Shown: piece by piece, positions 17,813 through 37,710 of the stretch | Layout: every line of letters starts with the position of its first letter | Numbering within the stretch: the first letter of the stretch is position 1 | Source of the DNA: the human T2T-CHM13v2.0 reference genome, Homo sapiens | Assembly: GCF_009914755.1 (NCBI RefSeq) | Contig: NC_060928.1 | Length of the DNA stretch: 64,000 bases | Reading direction: 5' to 3' (one strand) | The notes under the pieces: model-generated | The model's database searches: none | What the model was told of the DNA's origin: nothing | The model's input: only the letters and a program-made list of their open reading frames with translations | Translations under genes and position numbers: made by a program

Positions 17813-19129
17813 GCTAAGCAACTAACATTTTTATTTTGAATAATGAGGGTGGGTAAAGAACAGTAGACTTACCTGGTAAAATTTAACAAGATAACTAAAA
17901 CATGGAAATTATATGTATTTTAACACCATAAAAACTGATGGTAAAATAATACTAACACATGGGAAAATACTACATTACTCTCTGAACAAAATAACTATAC
18001 ACAAAATAGTTTTCTTTAAATTGATAGTGACAGAAATACTATTAGGAATTTCCGGGTTTGGGAATTGTTTTCTTCTCTCTGGATTTCCAGATTTTCTACA
18101 GGAACACTGTTGTCATTTATCCCAAATTTCCCATCATATTCATAGAGTACATACTGATCTATCATTTTTGTCACTTACATATTTGTTTCTCAAACCAAAA
18201 TAAAATGGTACATAATACATATATAATATCACAGGTCAAAATGCTCTAAAGATTTGTTGTAACAAGGTTCAAAAAAAGCTTCAAATTGCCCACTATCTAC
18301 ATGGTCACTGAAGTATAATGGCCAACATACCATCAATTTAGAACAGAGAGACAGGGAAGGGCAGTAGAAGTAATATTTGATTAATCAATACTCAATAAAT
18401 TAATACTTAGAACTATTGGAAGGCAGTAACTTGAAAAGTTAACTTCAAATGGTAAATAAGTAAGGCAATGCTAATCTGGTAAAATCTAAACAGGCATATA
18501 ACAGGTTATATAGAAAGCTGAGCTTTTAAGGTGCAGAGGAGGCTCCCAAAGGAATGGTAAAACAAAATCAAGATTTACTGAGAGAACAGTGTTTCAACTA
18601 ATTACATCAGTTACTTCTTTAACCATAACTCCGATTTGAAGTGACTCAGAATTTAGAGAGCCAAAATATAATTGATAGAAATCAACCAGAAAATGACTAC
18701 TAGAGATCAACCATCAAACAACGTGGTTTGGGTATTGCAGGAAATAAGACTATGAAAATTGAGTAAGTAATATAAAGTTCGTATTTATAATTCATGCAGT
18801 GTACGTAAGAAGGTTGAGAAAAAGGAAAAAAGCCAAATTACACTTTCAGAATAAAAGTGATTACAAGAAGAAAGAATTGTGCCATTTTTATTATTCATAG
18901 CAAATCATCTTACAGGTAATCCATTTCTAGATCTGGGACCTTCCATTTCTTAAAAAAAGTTAACAAAACGAAACAAAATTCTGAATATGGGAGTAAAAGG
19001 TTTCAACTATCTTATCCATGGCCATGAAAAACTCATGACCTTACTGGATCTCGATTTCCTAGTTTACAAATTGAGAAGAAATCCCCGGTCAAGCCTACAA
19101 GACTATACAGTTCTACAAAGATAGCCAAG

Positions 19130-20030
<901 letters not shown>

Positions 20031-20243
20031 CGAAAACATTATCCAGTATAGTTTAGAGGCTTTTTACTCTCCAACTCTGCCTATCGCACCTAAAATCCCA
20101 GTGAATCTTCATCAGAATATTTTATTCATTCCTGTTTCTTAAAATGTTTCCTCTGCATTTGCCTAATTCCTGAAGCACATGCACTTCAGCTCTCACGGAA
20201 AATTGCTCTATATTTGTCACCATATTTTCTGAATCTATTAATT

Positions 20244-20316
20244 ATACACATTGAGAGAGAGTGGAGTATTGGTAGATAATACACACTGAGAGGGAGTGGA
20301 GCATTGGTAGACATAC
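20244..20316. repeat. Imperfect 35-bp tandem duplication
   Basis: ATACACATTGAGAGAGAGTGGAGTATTGGTAGA / ATACACACTGAGAGGGAGTGGAGCATTGGTAGA. Confidence 0.9.
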
Positions 20317-21937
20317 ATGCAGATTAGAAAAGAAAGTCACATTGAGCTTCATTATCCTACAATGAACTTATATTTCCTCAGTTTCAAAATAACGTAAAAA
20401 CCAAAGTTATCACTCTCCTTTCCTCAAACTTTGACTAAAACGTCACCTTTTAGGTAAGAAACATTTAGGTTTTTTGTTTACCATTTAAAGTTCAGTGAAT
20501 CACTACTATAATGGGGCTGCCTCCAAAACAATCAATCTTAGGCTACATTAATTTAGATGTAATATCTAAAATGAGTTGATTGCTAATTGAATATAGTGAA
20601 TGGAAATTATAAGAAGGTAGATTTGGGTGAAACATAACACAAGAATAACGCGAGTTGTCCAAATATCAAATAGAGCTACTTAACAAGTAGCCAGTCACTA
20701 CAGGTATTCCAGAGACTAACTGAATGGTTTGGCACAAACATAGTAGAGTCCATACATCCAAAAAAGTAAGATTAGGCCATTCCAACACTAAGATCCTAAA
20801 AGTCTGTTAACAAGAAGCAGGACTTTTGACTTCTCCTCCAATACTCATCTCACACCTTCCTATCTGCAATGATTGAAACCCTATGCATTTATCTGGGCCC
20901 AGCAGAAATCCTGTCCCCTTGAAAATCTTTCTACTCCTACTGAATTCCTCAACAGAATATAACTCTTCTCTATTAACTCTTAAAGCACTTTTGGCCTTTA
21001 TCATAGCAGTTTATTGATCATGCTCTGCCCTAAATTACTAACTGTACACCTGTCTTCATCTTCTATTCCCCTCTCAAATATTATAACTCAGCTCTCCTTT
21101 GAATGCAATTCTCTGGAAACATCACAATTCTTCTCAATAATCGAATGACTTCTCAATCCTCCACCCATCTGCATTATCAATGTTGACTACCTCCTCCTAA
21201 CTCTTCTAGAGTTCTATAAGGCAAATTTTCCTTCTCATCCAAACGCAGAATTTCTCAAGGTTCTGTCTTCTAACCTGGCAATTTCAGCTTCTGGTCTCAT
21301 GTCTACCTAAACGTGTATCTAGTCTATACCATAAGTTCAAATTTTACATTTGTCACCACATACTGAACACCTAGACATGACCCACATATGTCCCAATACA
21401 CGCATGCACCAAAGAAAGCTATTTCCTTATTTCTGTTAAAAGTGTCATAATCTTCTCAACTTGAAAGCTCAGTCGTGACTTTCTCCCCTTTAGCTTTGCC
21501 ACTTAAACTGTGAAATCCTTACAATTCAGAAGGTGGAATTTGTGCCCTCCTTTTCACTCCCACTGTTCAGACCTTTTATTCTTCAAAAGTCTTTCAAGCC
21601 CCTGTATCACGTGTAGTATATACTGTACTGAGTAAAATCCAAACACCTGCATTCAGTTTGGCATCTAAGGCCCTACACAGAAATCCAGTCTGACATTCAA
21701 TGTCATAACCAACCTTTCAAATTTATCTCCTACTATACTTTCTCATCCCTGTATCAAATTCTATACAAATATTTTAATCACCTAATATTATTCTCTGCAA
21801 TTTCACTCTCTGCGCCTTTGTCTTACTTCATTCATTCCCATCCACAAGCTGAGTCAATGGGTTATACAAAATAAATTCATTTCAACATTTATTTTATGGC
21901 TACTATGTATGTACCAGAAACTACAAAAGGAAAAAGA

Positions 21938-22171
21938 GGCCGGGTGCAGTGGCTCACGCCTGTAATTCTAGCACTTCGGGAGGCCGAGATGGGTGGATCA
22001 CCTGAGGTCAGGAGTTCGAGACCAGCCTGACCAACATGGCAAAACCCATCTCTACTAAAAACACAAAAAAGTTAGCCGTGTGCAGTGGCGGGCGCCTGTA
22101 ATCCCAGCTACTCAGGAGGCTGAAGCAGGAGAATCGCTTGAACCCGGGGGCGGAGGTTGCAGTGAGCTGAG
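21938..22171 (+). mobile_element. Alu, 3'-truncated
   Basis: Stops at GTGAGCTGAG without a tail. Confidence 0.9.
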
Positions 22172-25145
22172 TTGTAAGTACTTGGTATTAGTTATTATAA
22201 AAAGAATAAGACCTCTAGTAATAGGAGGCAGTTCTCTTTACCAGATACTGTTACCAAAGGTTATGTGGGTGCTAAGACACAGCTTATCTCCACTATAGGA
22301 TACTTACCCCTTTCCCCTCTGGAGTCCCTCACTCATAGCTGGGCTCAAACTAGTCAGGTTTATTTATTTTAATTGAACCATGGACTATATCCATTTCCAA
22401 CAGCTAAATGCATATTAATACTGGAACTTTCTGAAATTCCAGATGGTTTTTGTTTGAAGTAACTTAAACAATCTAAGGAACACTATACCTTTTTAAAGAA
22501 ATGACCTTCAATCTTTTGTGGTACACCATTGAATGAAAGCTTCACAAAGAAGATCTAAGAATCATAGTGGTACAAATAAATAATAAAAGTAAGTTATGGA
22601 TTAAATCTCTTATTCAGGCTCCAAAAGGTGTTTTTGTTTTCTGTCCTTCTCAGAAGTTGAGGGAGGCTAGTTTTAAAATTCAGAAGCTATTAAAAGTGAC
22701 CAAGCAGTAAGAAATGGAAATGCTTGCTGTCCACAAAAATAAAGCATGTATTTATACTATGTTTTAAAGTTTAACAAGTAACCTACTATTTTCTTTTGTC
22801 TTTAAAATAGATAGGGCATTATCTTCATTTACAGAAAAGGATGTTTAGAGAGCCTAAGGAAAGGTGTTTGGGGTTCCTCAGTTACAGTAAAAAGAAAGAG
22901 GATTTGAAATCAGGTCTCCTGACTCCTGACTCAACTGATGTTTTCATTACACTTTGGTTAGGAACAACCGCTTTGGAAGAGCAGCCAGCTCTTCCAACAA
23001 TACAAAAAATTAATTTTAAACAAGCAATTGTTAGCTTATGTGAAACTGTTGAGAAGAGTGAAAAGCAAAGGAATACAGCAGGACAGCAACAGAAAATCCA
23101 AGAATAATTTTCAATATACCTATGGTTTCAAGATAGGGTAAAATACTTGGAAATTAGCAGATAAAAGTAAGCAGAAACACGACAGTCAAGAAACTAATTC
23201 TATTGCTTCTGAAGGTAGGCCAGGACCTTCCTGAAGGTGGGTGGACCAATTTATTCTATCGGATATAAAACAAGTGTCTACCAGTGGAGAGTAACTAGGT
23301 CATGTTTGTCCATTAAATTCTACTGAATTTAAGTTCAGACGCAACACTTTAGTTTGTGCCTTTCAAAATCAACATTGAAAAGGAGTCATTCACTGTCTCC
23401 ATATTCACTCAAAATATGTGGAAAGTCTTTTTAAAGCAATCTAGGGGGAAAATGTTCAATCCTAATTATGCGTAATAAACAGCGATAATTTTGCAGGATA
23501 AGGAGGGAAGTTTTCAGAATCTAAAGACACAGTGCCAACACTTTCTTCAAACCAGGAGTTGCCTGCTGACAAATCAACTGCTCAGCTGCTAACTGAACAG
23601 TTAAGTTAGTTACTCTACGAAATGGTCAAATAATGTGTTTTCTTCTTTACCTTCTAATTTTTATCCCCATCCATCCCACAAGCATTCTGGTTCACTCTTG
23701 ATGTTTTTTCACTATTACTAATATTTCGACCCTGAATATCAATCTGAACTATGACAGCTCTTAGTAAGAAATTCATTCTAGGTCCTTATTATTCCTACAA
23801 TTCCTTGACTGCTTTTCAGAATTAGTTTGTAAAGATTAAATCATAACATAAAGGCCCATAAGAGTAATCTTAAACATTTAAGAAAAATGTTACTGCCAAA
23901 GAAAGGATAATTCAATCCTGAGGTTCAAACTCATCGTACCGTTTATCTCCTAAGACCAGGAATCTTGGATTATCAAAAAGACCACTGGATGCTAACAGGG
24001 CCAAAAGTTTACTTAGAAACTTGGTTCACATGCCTAAGGCTATATTAACTGCCAAATATGGAGCTAGAGAAAAATTGCCATCATCTCCCACTCTAGTACA
24101 CCGGGGCTCTCTTAACGACAGTTAATGTTTCCTAGATCCAGGTACCTGCAACACTAACGTTTGAAAGACCAGAACAAGGTACAGAGCCTTGAACCTAAAA
24201 CCACAGTATCTTAATCCAAGTTAATATCCCACAACAATCATACAGGGAGAACAGGACTTTACTATTCCAGCTAAAAGTGCAAGTGCCTTTTTTTTGTTGT
24301 TGTTATGAAGGAAAAGGCACTCTCCTCCCACCCCCCAAATCCGTTAGAACATTAAGTATGTCTTGGGGAAAAAAGCTGATCTATGCAGGAAATTATAGAC
24401 GAAAATCTATATTCGCCCCAAAGCGGCAAAGGGCCATCTTAAGAAATCTGCTTTTAGAGACGCAGGAAAAATTCTATCAGATTCCACTAACAAAATCAAC
24501 ACAATCTAGGGAAGCTTCTGTTCCTTTCTGTCCCCCCATCCCAACAAAAGCGGGAACCCATCCCCCAAAAGCCATTCCCGAGTCAATAAGGGATCGTCTG
24601 CATAAGAGGGGGACGAAGAAGGCGCACGTTACAGTTCCAGTATCCGAACACGTTCGGATTAAACCCGCGGTGGCAGGGAGAGGGGGGTTGGTCAAACACG
24701 ACGGAACACTAGGTACTGGGTAAGCGAAGCGGCGGCTGCCTTCAAACCCGGATTCTGTTTCCGTGCACAGAAATGGTGCCCGGAGGCCGCCACTTTCGCA
24801 TCTGCGTCGCTTCTGCCTCCGTCGACACAACCTCTTTTCCCCTCCCCCCACGGGCGGGGTGGCGACGGCCTCTCCGCTCCGAAGGAACAAGGTACAAGAG
24901 CCGAAAACGATTCGGAAACAGGAACGGTGGGCTACCCACCCTAAAACATCCCCTCCAGAAAGCCTGCTCCCACACTTCCTGTATTAAGCTTCCATCAGCG
25001 CGCCTTCGGGAGCTGCTGCGTGCCTCCCCCCCCACTTCGCCACCTCATCCCCAATAAACCTCAACCCCACCTGTGCACTCGGAGCCCTCTGCCCGCAAGA
25101 CGCTCGCGGGTCACCTCCCTTCCCAGGCGGCCTCCCACCCCTCAC

Positions 25146-25334
25146 CTAGAGGAAAGACTGGTCTTCTCTCACGCACACACGGCACCGTAGGGAGCCGGCA
25201 AGAACAATGTCTCTGCCGCTACACCTCCGGCTCCCGGGCTCACACACCGGACGATTGCCTCGCGCCGCGGAGCGCGAATGGAATGTCCCTTTCCGACCAC
25301 CACACCGACCTCCCCTCCCGGCGCCCGTACACAC
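25146..25334 (-). other. G3BP2: Alternative or extended G3BP2 first exon ending at a second donor
   Basis: TAG|GTGAGG donor at 25145-25144 in CpG island; 5' boundary unknown. Confidence 0.45.
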
Positions 25335-25610
25335 CTCCAGCCAACGGCGGCGGCGGGTACGTCGCGCGGAGGTCAGAAGAGTCGCTGAGGACCGGGTGCG
25401 GCGGGTTCTTATTGCTCGCCGCCCCCTTCCTCCGACAACTCGGAAGCCTCGGAAGCCGGAGAGCCGCGAGTTCGTCTGCCTCACAACCACCTCTTCCCGG
25501 GCGCCAGGCGCTGCGACGTGCGACAAGGACCACGGACGTCCCGCCCCCTTTGCCACCGCCCCCTCTTATTGTTTTACCCCTGCCGAAAGGGCCAGGGAAC
25601 CCCCGAGCAC
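25335..25610 (-). other. G3BP2: G3BP2 non-coding first exon (probable); 5' end approximate
   Basis: Inside CpG island, downstream of CCAAT/CRE/ETS-like motifs; ends at GAG|GTGTGT donor (25334-25333); no AUG in this interval. Confidence 0.6.
25441..25457 (+). promoter_or_regulatory. Tandem ETS/GABP-like sites CGGAAGC-CT-CGGAAGC
   Basis: Two CGGAAG cores 9 bp apart in CpG island. Confidence 0.45.
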
Positions 25611-25616
25611 AGCGTC

Positions 25617-25626
25617 AGCCAATCAC
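25617..25626 (+). promoter_or_regulatory. CCAAT box (NF-Y), AGCCAATCAC
   Basis: Near-consensus extended NF-Y motif in promoter. Confidence 0.6.
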
Positions 25627-25767
25627 GCATCTCCTCCAGAGCCGGACCCAACCTTCCCGTGTCCCTCTGCGGAGCACGCGCAGTACGCTGCCGCGCTCGC
25701 ACACGCTCGCGCCCGGAAAGCCGGGGAACCGGAACCGGCCTAAAGCCAAGATAAGAGTCCGCTGATT

Positions 25768-25775
25768 TGACGTCA
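25768..25775. promoter_or_regulatory. Full CRE palindrome TGACGTCA (CREB/ATF site)
   Basis: Exact consensus at the upstream edge of the CpG island. Confidence 0.7.
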
Positions 25776-26792
25776 CAAGCAGGCTGCCTTTCTCCGGTCC
25801 CGAGGCTCCAGCCTTGCCGCCCTTCTTCCTGATCGCGCAAGCGAGAGCTGGTTCGCAGCAACGCAGTGTCTTTTGTAGACTGATATTCTGGTCCTTTTTA
25901 TTAATGGGAAGGAGGGAATTTAGTAATCTCTCTGAATAGGTGTCTGCAGGTTGCTGCTGTAGACGAGCTTAAAATGCAGCCGGTGATTTCAGCTGTTTGC
26001 ACACTAAACTCACCTACATTGTTTACTTAACCCATCCTAGGTTTTAAGCCCCATTAAGAGGCCCTGCAGTAAAGGAAGAACATGACGTGGGCTTTACAGA
26101 GGGGGAAAAGACTATTTCTTTGTGTCCTTGTTACGAATTTAGGCATGGCTAAATATCAGTAGATACTAAAGCATTTTACATACTAAAGCTAAAAGAAGGC
26201 CTGAAATACAAGGATTACAGTCCTGTTCTAGCTCTAAGCCCAGACTTGCCCCCAGGGTGAGACACTGGTGACCTTGTTTCATGGACAAAGCCAAGCCAAA
26301 TCTTGTAGTCAAGGAAGCCACTTTGCATCTTAGGTCTGGCAGTGTTTTCAGAGAATACCGAGATAGCACAGGAATTTTGGAATGAAGGACTGAGGAAGTG
26401 TTCAAAGAAACGGAAAGGAAAAAATACATTAATGAATGCTTACGAACTAAACATGGTGGACGCAAGCATGTACATCTCATCAGTTTTCTTCGCAATCCTG
26501 TAAGGGCAATTTTAAGGTATTTGGCATGTTAAGACAATACGTCAAATACCTTAAATATTGGCAGAGGCAATGCCAACATTAGGGCCTCCAAAGTCTACAA
26601 TATCTTTACCTTTAGACTGCTTAAAGATACTGTTATATGCAAAATATTTGGGCAGACCATCACTTTAATGAAATCAACCTGATGTTTTTCCTTAAAGCAT
26701 CAAAATACATTACATGCCGGCTGTCCTTTAATATACTGGGCTTATATACCAGGCATTCTTGTAATTATACAGCCTTCTGAGCCTCACAGTAA

Positions 26793-27149
<357 letters not shown>

Positions 27150-27455
27150 AGTAGTTGCTATTTTTATGCCCATTTTATAGATGAGAAAACAGGCTTGGAG
27201 AGGTCAAGTAACTTACCCAGGACTACACTGCTACTATTCACTGGAGCTGGGATTCAAACACAGGCAATCTGCCTCCACAGTCCATACCCTCAGGCAAACT
27301 ATAGAATACTCCCATTGTACTAATTGCCGCAATTCACTTATCTGCCCTACTGCTGACTAACCTTCAAGTGTTTCCGGTTTGGAGCTCTTCCGTGCAATGC
27401 TATTATAAATATTCTTCACCATGTATCCTGCAGAGGTGCAGAACTTTCTCTAGAG

Positions 27456-27632
27456 CAGTGGTTCTCAGACCTTAATGTGCACCGAAATCACCTGTAGGGC
27501 TTGTTAAAACAGATAGTTGGGCCCCACTCCCTAAGTTTCTGATTCAACAGAGGCCCGAGAATTTGCACTTCTAACAAGTTCTCAGCTGATGGTGCTACTG
27601 CTGCTCTAGGAGCCACACTTTAAAAACCACTG
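27456..27632. mobile_element. MER5A-like hAT-Charlie MITE
   Basis: CAGTGGTTCTCA...AAAAACCACTG termini; internal GGCCCGAGAATTTGCACTTCTAACAAGTTC. Confidence 0.85.
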
Positions 27633-27637
27633 ATATA

Positions 27638-28125
<488 letters not shown>

Positions 28126-28446
28126 CTTGAGTAGACACCAATAAGTGGAGTTAATGGGAAAAAAGATTCAGCGATCTTCAATGTTAAGTAAATATCTCTA
28201 ACCTATTCTAACTGGCGATTTTTACCTCATAAACATATCTCTACACAAATAGCCCCTGCCCAGGTTCAGGCCCCTTCATCTTCCCAGGAAGACTGCAGTG
28301 GCCTCCTAACTAATCTCCCTGCCTCTCAAACATAGCCTCCATGAAGCAATGTCCACCTCCTATAGACTAGGCAGGGAGACCAGTGTGAACGGTATTCATT
28401 CGGTGGCTCAGGCCAAAAACCTCTTTTTCTCACACCAATTTATTGA

Positions 28447-29722
<1,276 letters not shown>

Positions 29723-29926
29723 GAGATGACTACATGCATGTTTAGGGGTCACACACCCCACATAAATAAGGTTTATGAAGACCAAGCATTGGAAGGGAGT
29801 AAAATCCAAGTCCTTAAGGGAAACGCATTTTTCTTGGAAAGTGTCTTTACTCACCATGTTTTTAAACTTTTAAGGCTTGCAAAACAAATGTCTTGGCCCC
29901 ACTACTAATTCAGTTAGGAAGGATGA

Positions 29927-30422
29927 TGCTGTGGATTGAATGTATGTGCCCCTCCAAAATTCATGTTGAAACTTAATCTCCAATGCAAAAGTATTAAAAG
30001 GTGGGTGGGACCTTCAGGCGGCAACTAGGTCATGAGGGCCTCACCTTCATGAATGGAATTCGTGTGCTCATAAAAGGGGATTGAGGGAGTTCATTAGTCT
30101 CTTTTGTGCTTTTGCCCCTTTCACCATGTGAGAACACAGCAAGAAGGCACCATCTTTGAAGCAGAGCAAGCCCTCACTAGGGTTGGCCCTTTGATCTTGA
30201 ACTACTCAGCCTTTAGAACTATAAGCAATAAGTTTCTGTTGTTTATAAGTTACCCAGTTGAAGGGTGGTTTTGTTGTTGTTGTTGTTGTTGTTGTTTGAG
30301 ACAGGTTCTTGCTTTGTCTGTCACCTGGCTGGAGTGCAATGGTGCGATCATAGCTCATTGCAGCCTCGACTTCTCAGCCTCCTGAGTAGCTGGGACCACA
30401 GGTGTGCACTACCGTGCCTAGC

Positions 30423-30470
<48 letters not shown>

Positions 30471-30620
30471 ACAGGGTCTCATTATGTTGCCCAATCTGGT
30501 CTTGATTGCCTGGCCTCAGGCCATCCTCTTGCCTCAGGCTCCCAAAGTGTTGAGATTACGGGCATGAGCCACACCTGACCTAAAGGTATTTTGTTATAGC
30601 AGCCCAAATAGACTAAAACA
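29927..30620 (+). mobile_element. MaLR solo LTR (MST/MLT1A-like) interrupted by an antisense Alu (~30270-30580) carrying (TTG)n and (TG)n
   Basis: TGCTGTGGATTGAATGT...CCCCTCCAAAATTCATGTTGAAAC start; TATTTTGTTATAGCAGCCCAAATAGACTAAAACA end. Confidence 0.85.
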
Positions 30621-30629
30621 AATGATAAT

Positions 30630-31025
30630 GCTGTCAACAGCATAGTATTTAAAGAGTCTGGCTGGGCACAATGGGGTATGCTTGTTGTCCCCACTACTTG
30701 GGAAGCTGAAGCAGGAGGATCACTTGAACCCAGGAGTTTGAGTTCAGCCTGGGCAATATAGCAAGACCCCATTTCCAAAAAAAATAAAAAAGAATCTGGG
30801 CTCCAGAACCACACTGCCTGGATTTGAATCCCAGCTTTATCTCATCACTTACTAGGTATATCACTATAGGCAGGATGTTTCACTTTTATGTGCCTCAGTG
30901 TTTCTCATCTGTAAAATGGGGACAATAATAATATCTACCTTATTAGGGTACAGTAAGGTTTAGACAATACATGTAAAACATTTTAACAGTGTCTGGCACA
31001 TGGTAAGTGCTCAATAAACATCGGC
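30630..31025 (+). mobile_element. MIR interrupted by a FLAM monomer (~30660-30790)
   Basis: TGTGCCTCAGTGTTTCTCATCTGTAAAATGGGGA MIR core. Confidence 0.8.
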
Positions 31026-32724
31026 ACTTAATGTTTGGTTCTTGAAAAAGTATATGCACCAATTGCTTTCAACTGATTCCTTTTTCGCAGACTGCCCACT
31101 GCTTTGTTCTGAAGTAACAACTTACATTTGTATAGCATTTTACAGTTTTCAAAACACTTTCAAACACATTATCTCATTTCAATTTCACAGCAATTCACAA
31201 AGCAGGCAAGCTGCACAAGGCTAAAAATGGCCAATTTAGAAAGAGAGCCCAGAGTCCCTCTGACTCATGCCACTACACCATGTCCTACTGCTAAATGATG
31301 AACTTTTATAGACTTTGAACAAGACTTACTGATTGAAAACATGTTACTTGAGAATCCCAGGGCTCTCTCTTGGTGCAACTGGATCCTTTACAAAGCTTTT
31401 TAATGCACAGAGAAACCTACTCCCATGAGTAGGATGAATCCATTCATTTTAGAGCAAGAGAGGAGAAAGCCTATTATGACCTAAAGAAAGAATCAAATGT
31501 TAATTTCTCCCTGCAATCTTTCCAGCCATTATCTGTTTGTGAGGCTGGGACAGGTTAGGGTATAAAGGAGTGTTTTCCTCTCCAATCATTGTGAGTGTGT
31601 AAAATATGTCTCACATCCAGAAAAGTGCATGAAATGGCCTGCCAATCTGTGTGATGAAGTACAAAATGTCACAATATGAATGACTGCTATAGGTGGTAGA
31701 TTTTAGGTATGTAACTTGTTTTGATCATATCTATGAAAGTCTATAAGTAGGTGAGATTCTACATGCTACCTGAGTTTGAGAGAACAAAGGTTGCAAGTTC
31801 TAAGAAAGTCACTTCTTCAGAATTTAGAGGCAATAGTCTCATAAAAAAATCAACATACAAAGAATCAGATTATCAATTATGAAAATAACCCACCCTGAAT
31901 TTGTGAATTCTAACGGATTCCATTTAACACTCTTGAAGCCATGATGCCAGCTAAAAGCACCTCAGGCTGAGTAAATGAGGTGCTTTTCAGAGATAAAATA
32001 ATCCTGGAAAGCAGAACAACTAAAGATAACATAAATGAATGAGGAGGCATTTGCCCTGAATCCAGAAAATGACTTTGAAAAGAGGAAATATTTCACCAGT
32101 GTTTATCTCACACTGTCCAAGATAGACTATATTTGTCAGGCAGGAATATCCTAGCCCTCAGTGGGCTGCAGGGTGTGTTTAATTCTTCAAGCCTTACAGT
32201 CTGGATATGAGACGCCACAAGGTTATCCAATTCTCTCCTCACCAAGCACTGTGACACAGAGAAGGGGGCCTGATCAGCAGATATTCTATGTCTTTGGATG
32301 GCATATCCCTTTGTGAAATGGAATTCCTGTGGTTTGTTCATCAGTCTCTTATAGATTAAGTTAATATAAAAGAGTGTGTCAGAGACAGATTTCCTTCTGA
32401 GGGGGGATAGGAAGTTGTACTGAAAGAAGTCAGGGCTGAGAGCAAATCCTCCACTTAAATATAGAAGCATGAAACACATGGGATCAAATCGCATTTTCTT
32501 CACTAACTACTTCTGTGACACTAGTCAGGTTAGTTCATTCCTCTGACCTTGACTTTCCTCAGTGGATAAACAGCCTACTTAGGATTGTTCTGAAGATTCT
32601 TTATGGCATTTAGCATACTTTCTGGCAAAGTGTGTATATGTGCATGATTCCTGTTATAAAACCGAGGCAAACCTTCAACATCAGGGGACCCCAACACAGT
32701 GCCACGCAACTTCATAGACAGCTA

Positions 32725-34670
<1,946 letters not shown>

Positions 34671-34826
34671 TTATTAATTTCGTTCAGCTCCCAGGTTATA
34701 AAACTATTCAGGGTAGTAAAAAATCAACTGTATGGAAAATACAGGGCTTTCATCAGCAGACAGAAAACTTGGTAGTTGTGAAACTTCTCATTGGGAAAAG
34801 ATCTCCATAAAGAAATCATGCAGCTG

Positions 34827-37710
<2,884 letters not shown>

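Larger units (their letters stand above)
24560..25870. promoter_or_regulatory. CpG island / G3BP2 promoter
   Basis: Abrupt rise in GC and CpG density in an otherwise CpG-depleted window, ~11 kb upstream of the start-codon exon. Confidence 0.93.

Noticed and set aside
22300-22310. Strong minus-strand donor GGG|GTAAGT in intron 1
   Set aside because: No convincing paired acceptor identified by eye; may still be a minor UTR exon
25073-25765. 230-aa and 178-aa plus-strand ORFs antisense to exon 1
   Set aside because: Stop depletion expected in a CpG island; low-complexity composition with no recognisable domain
30424-30468. (TG)n tract as a TDP-43 site
   Set aside because: Upstream of the main promoter and reads CA on the G3BP2 strand; a microsatellite grown in an Alu linker
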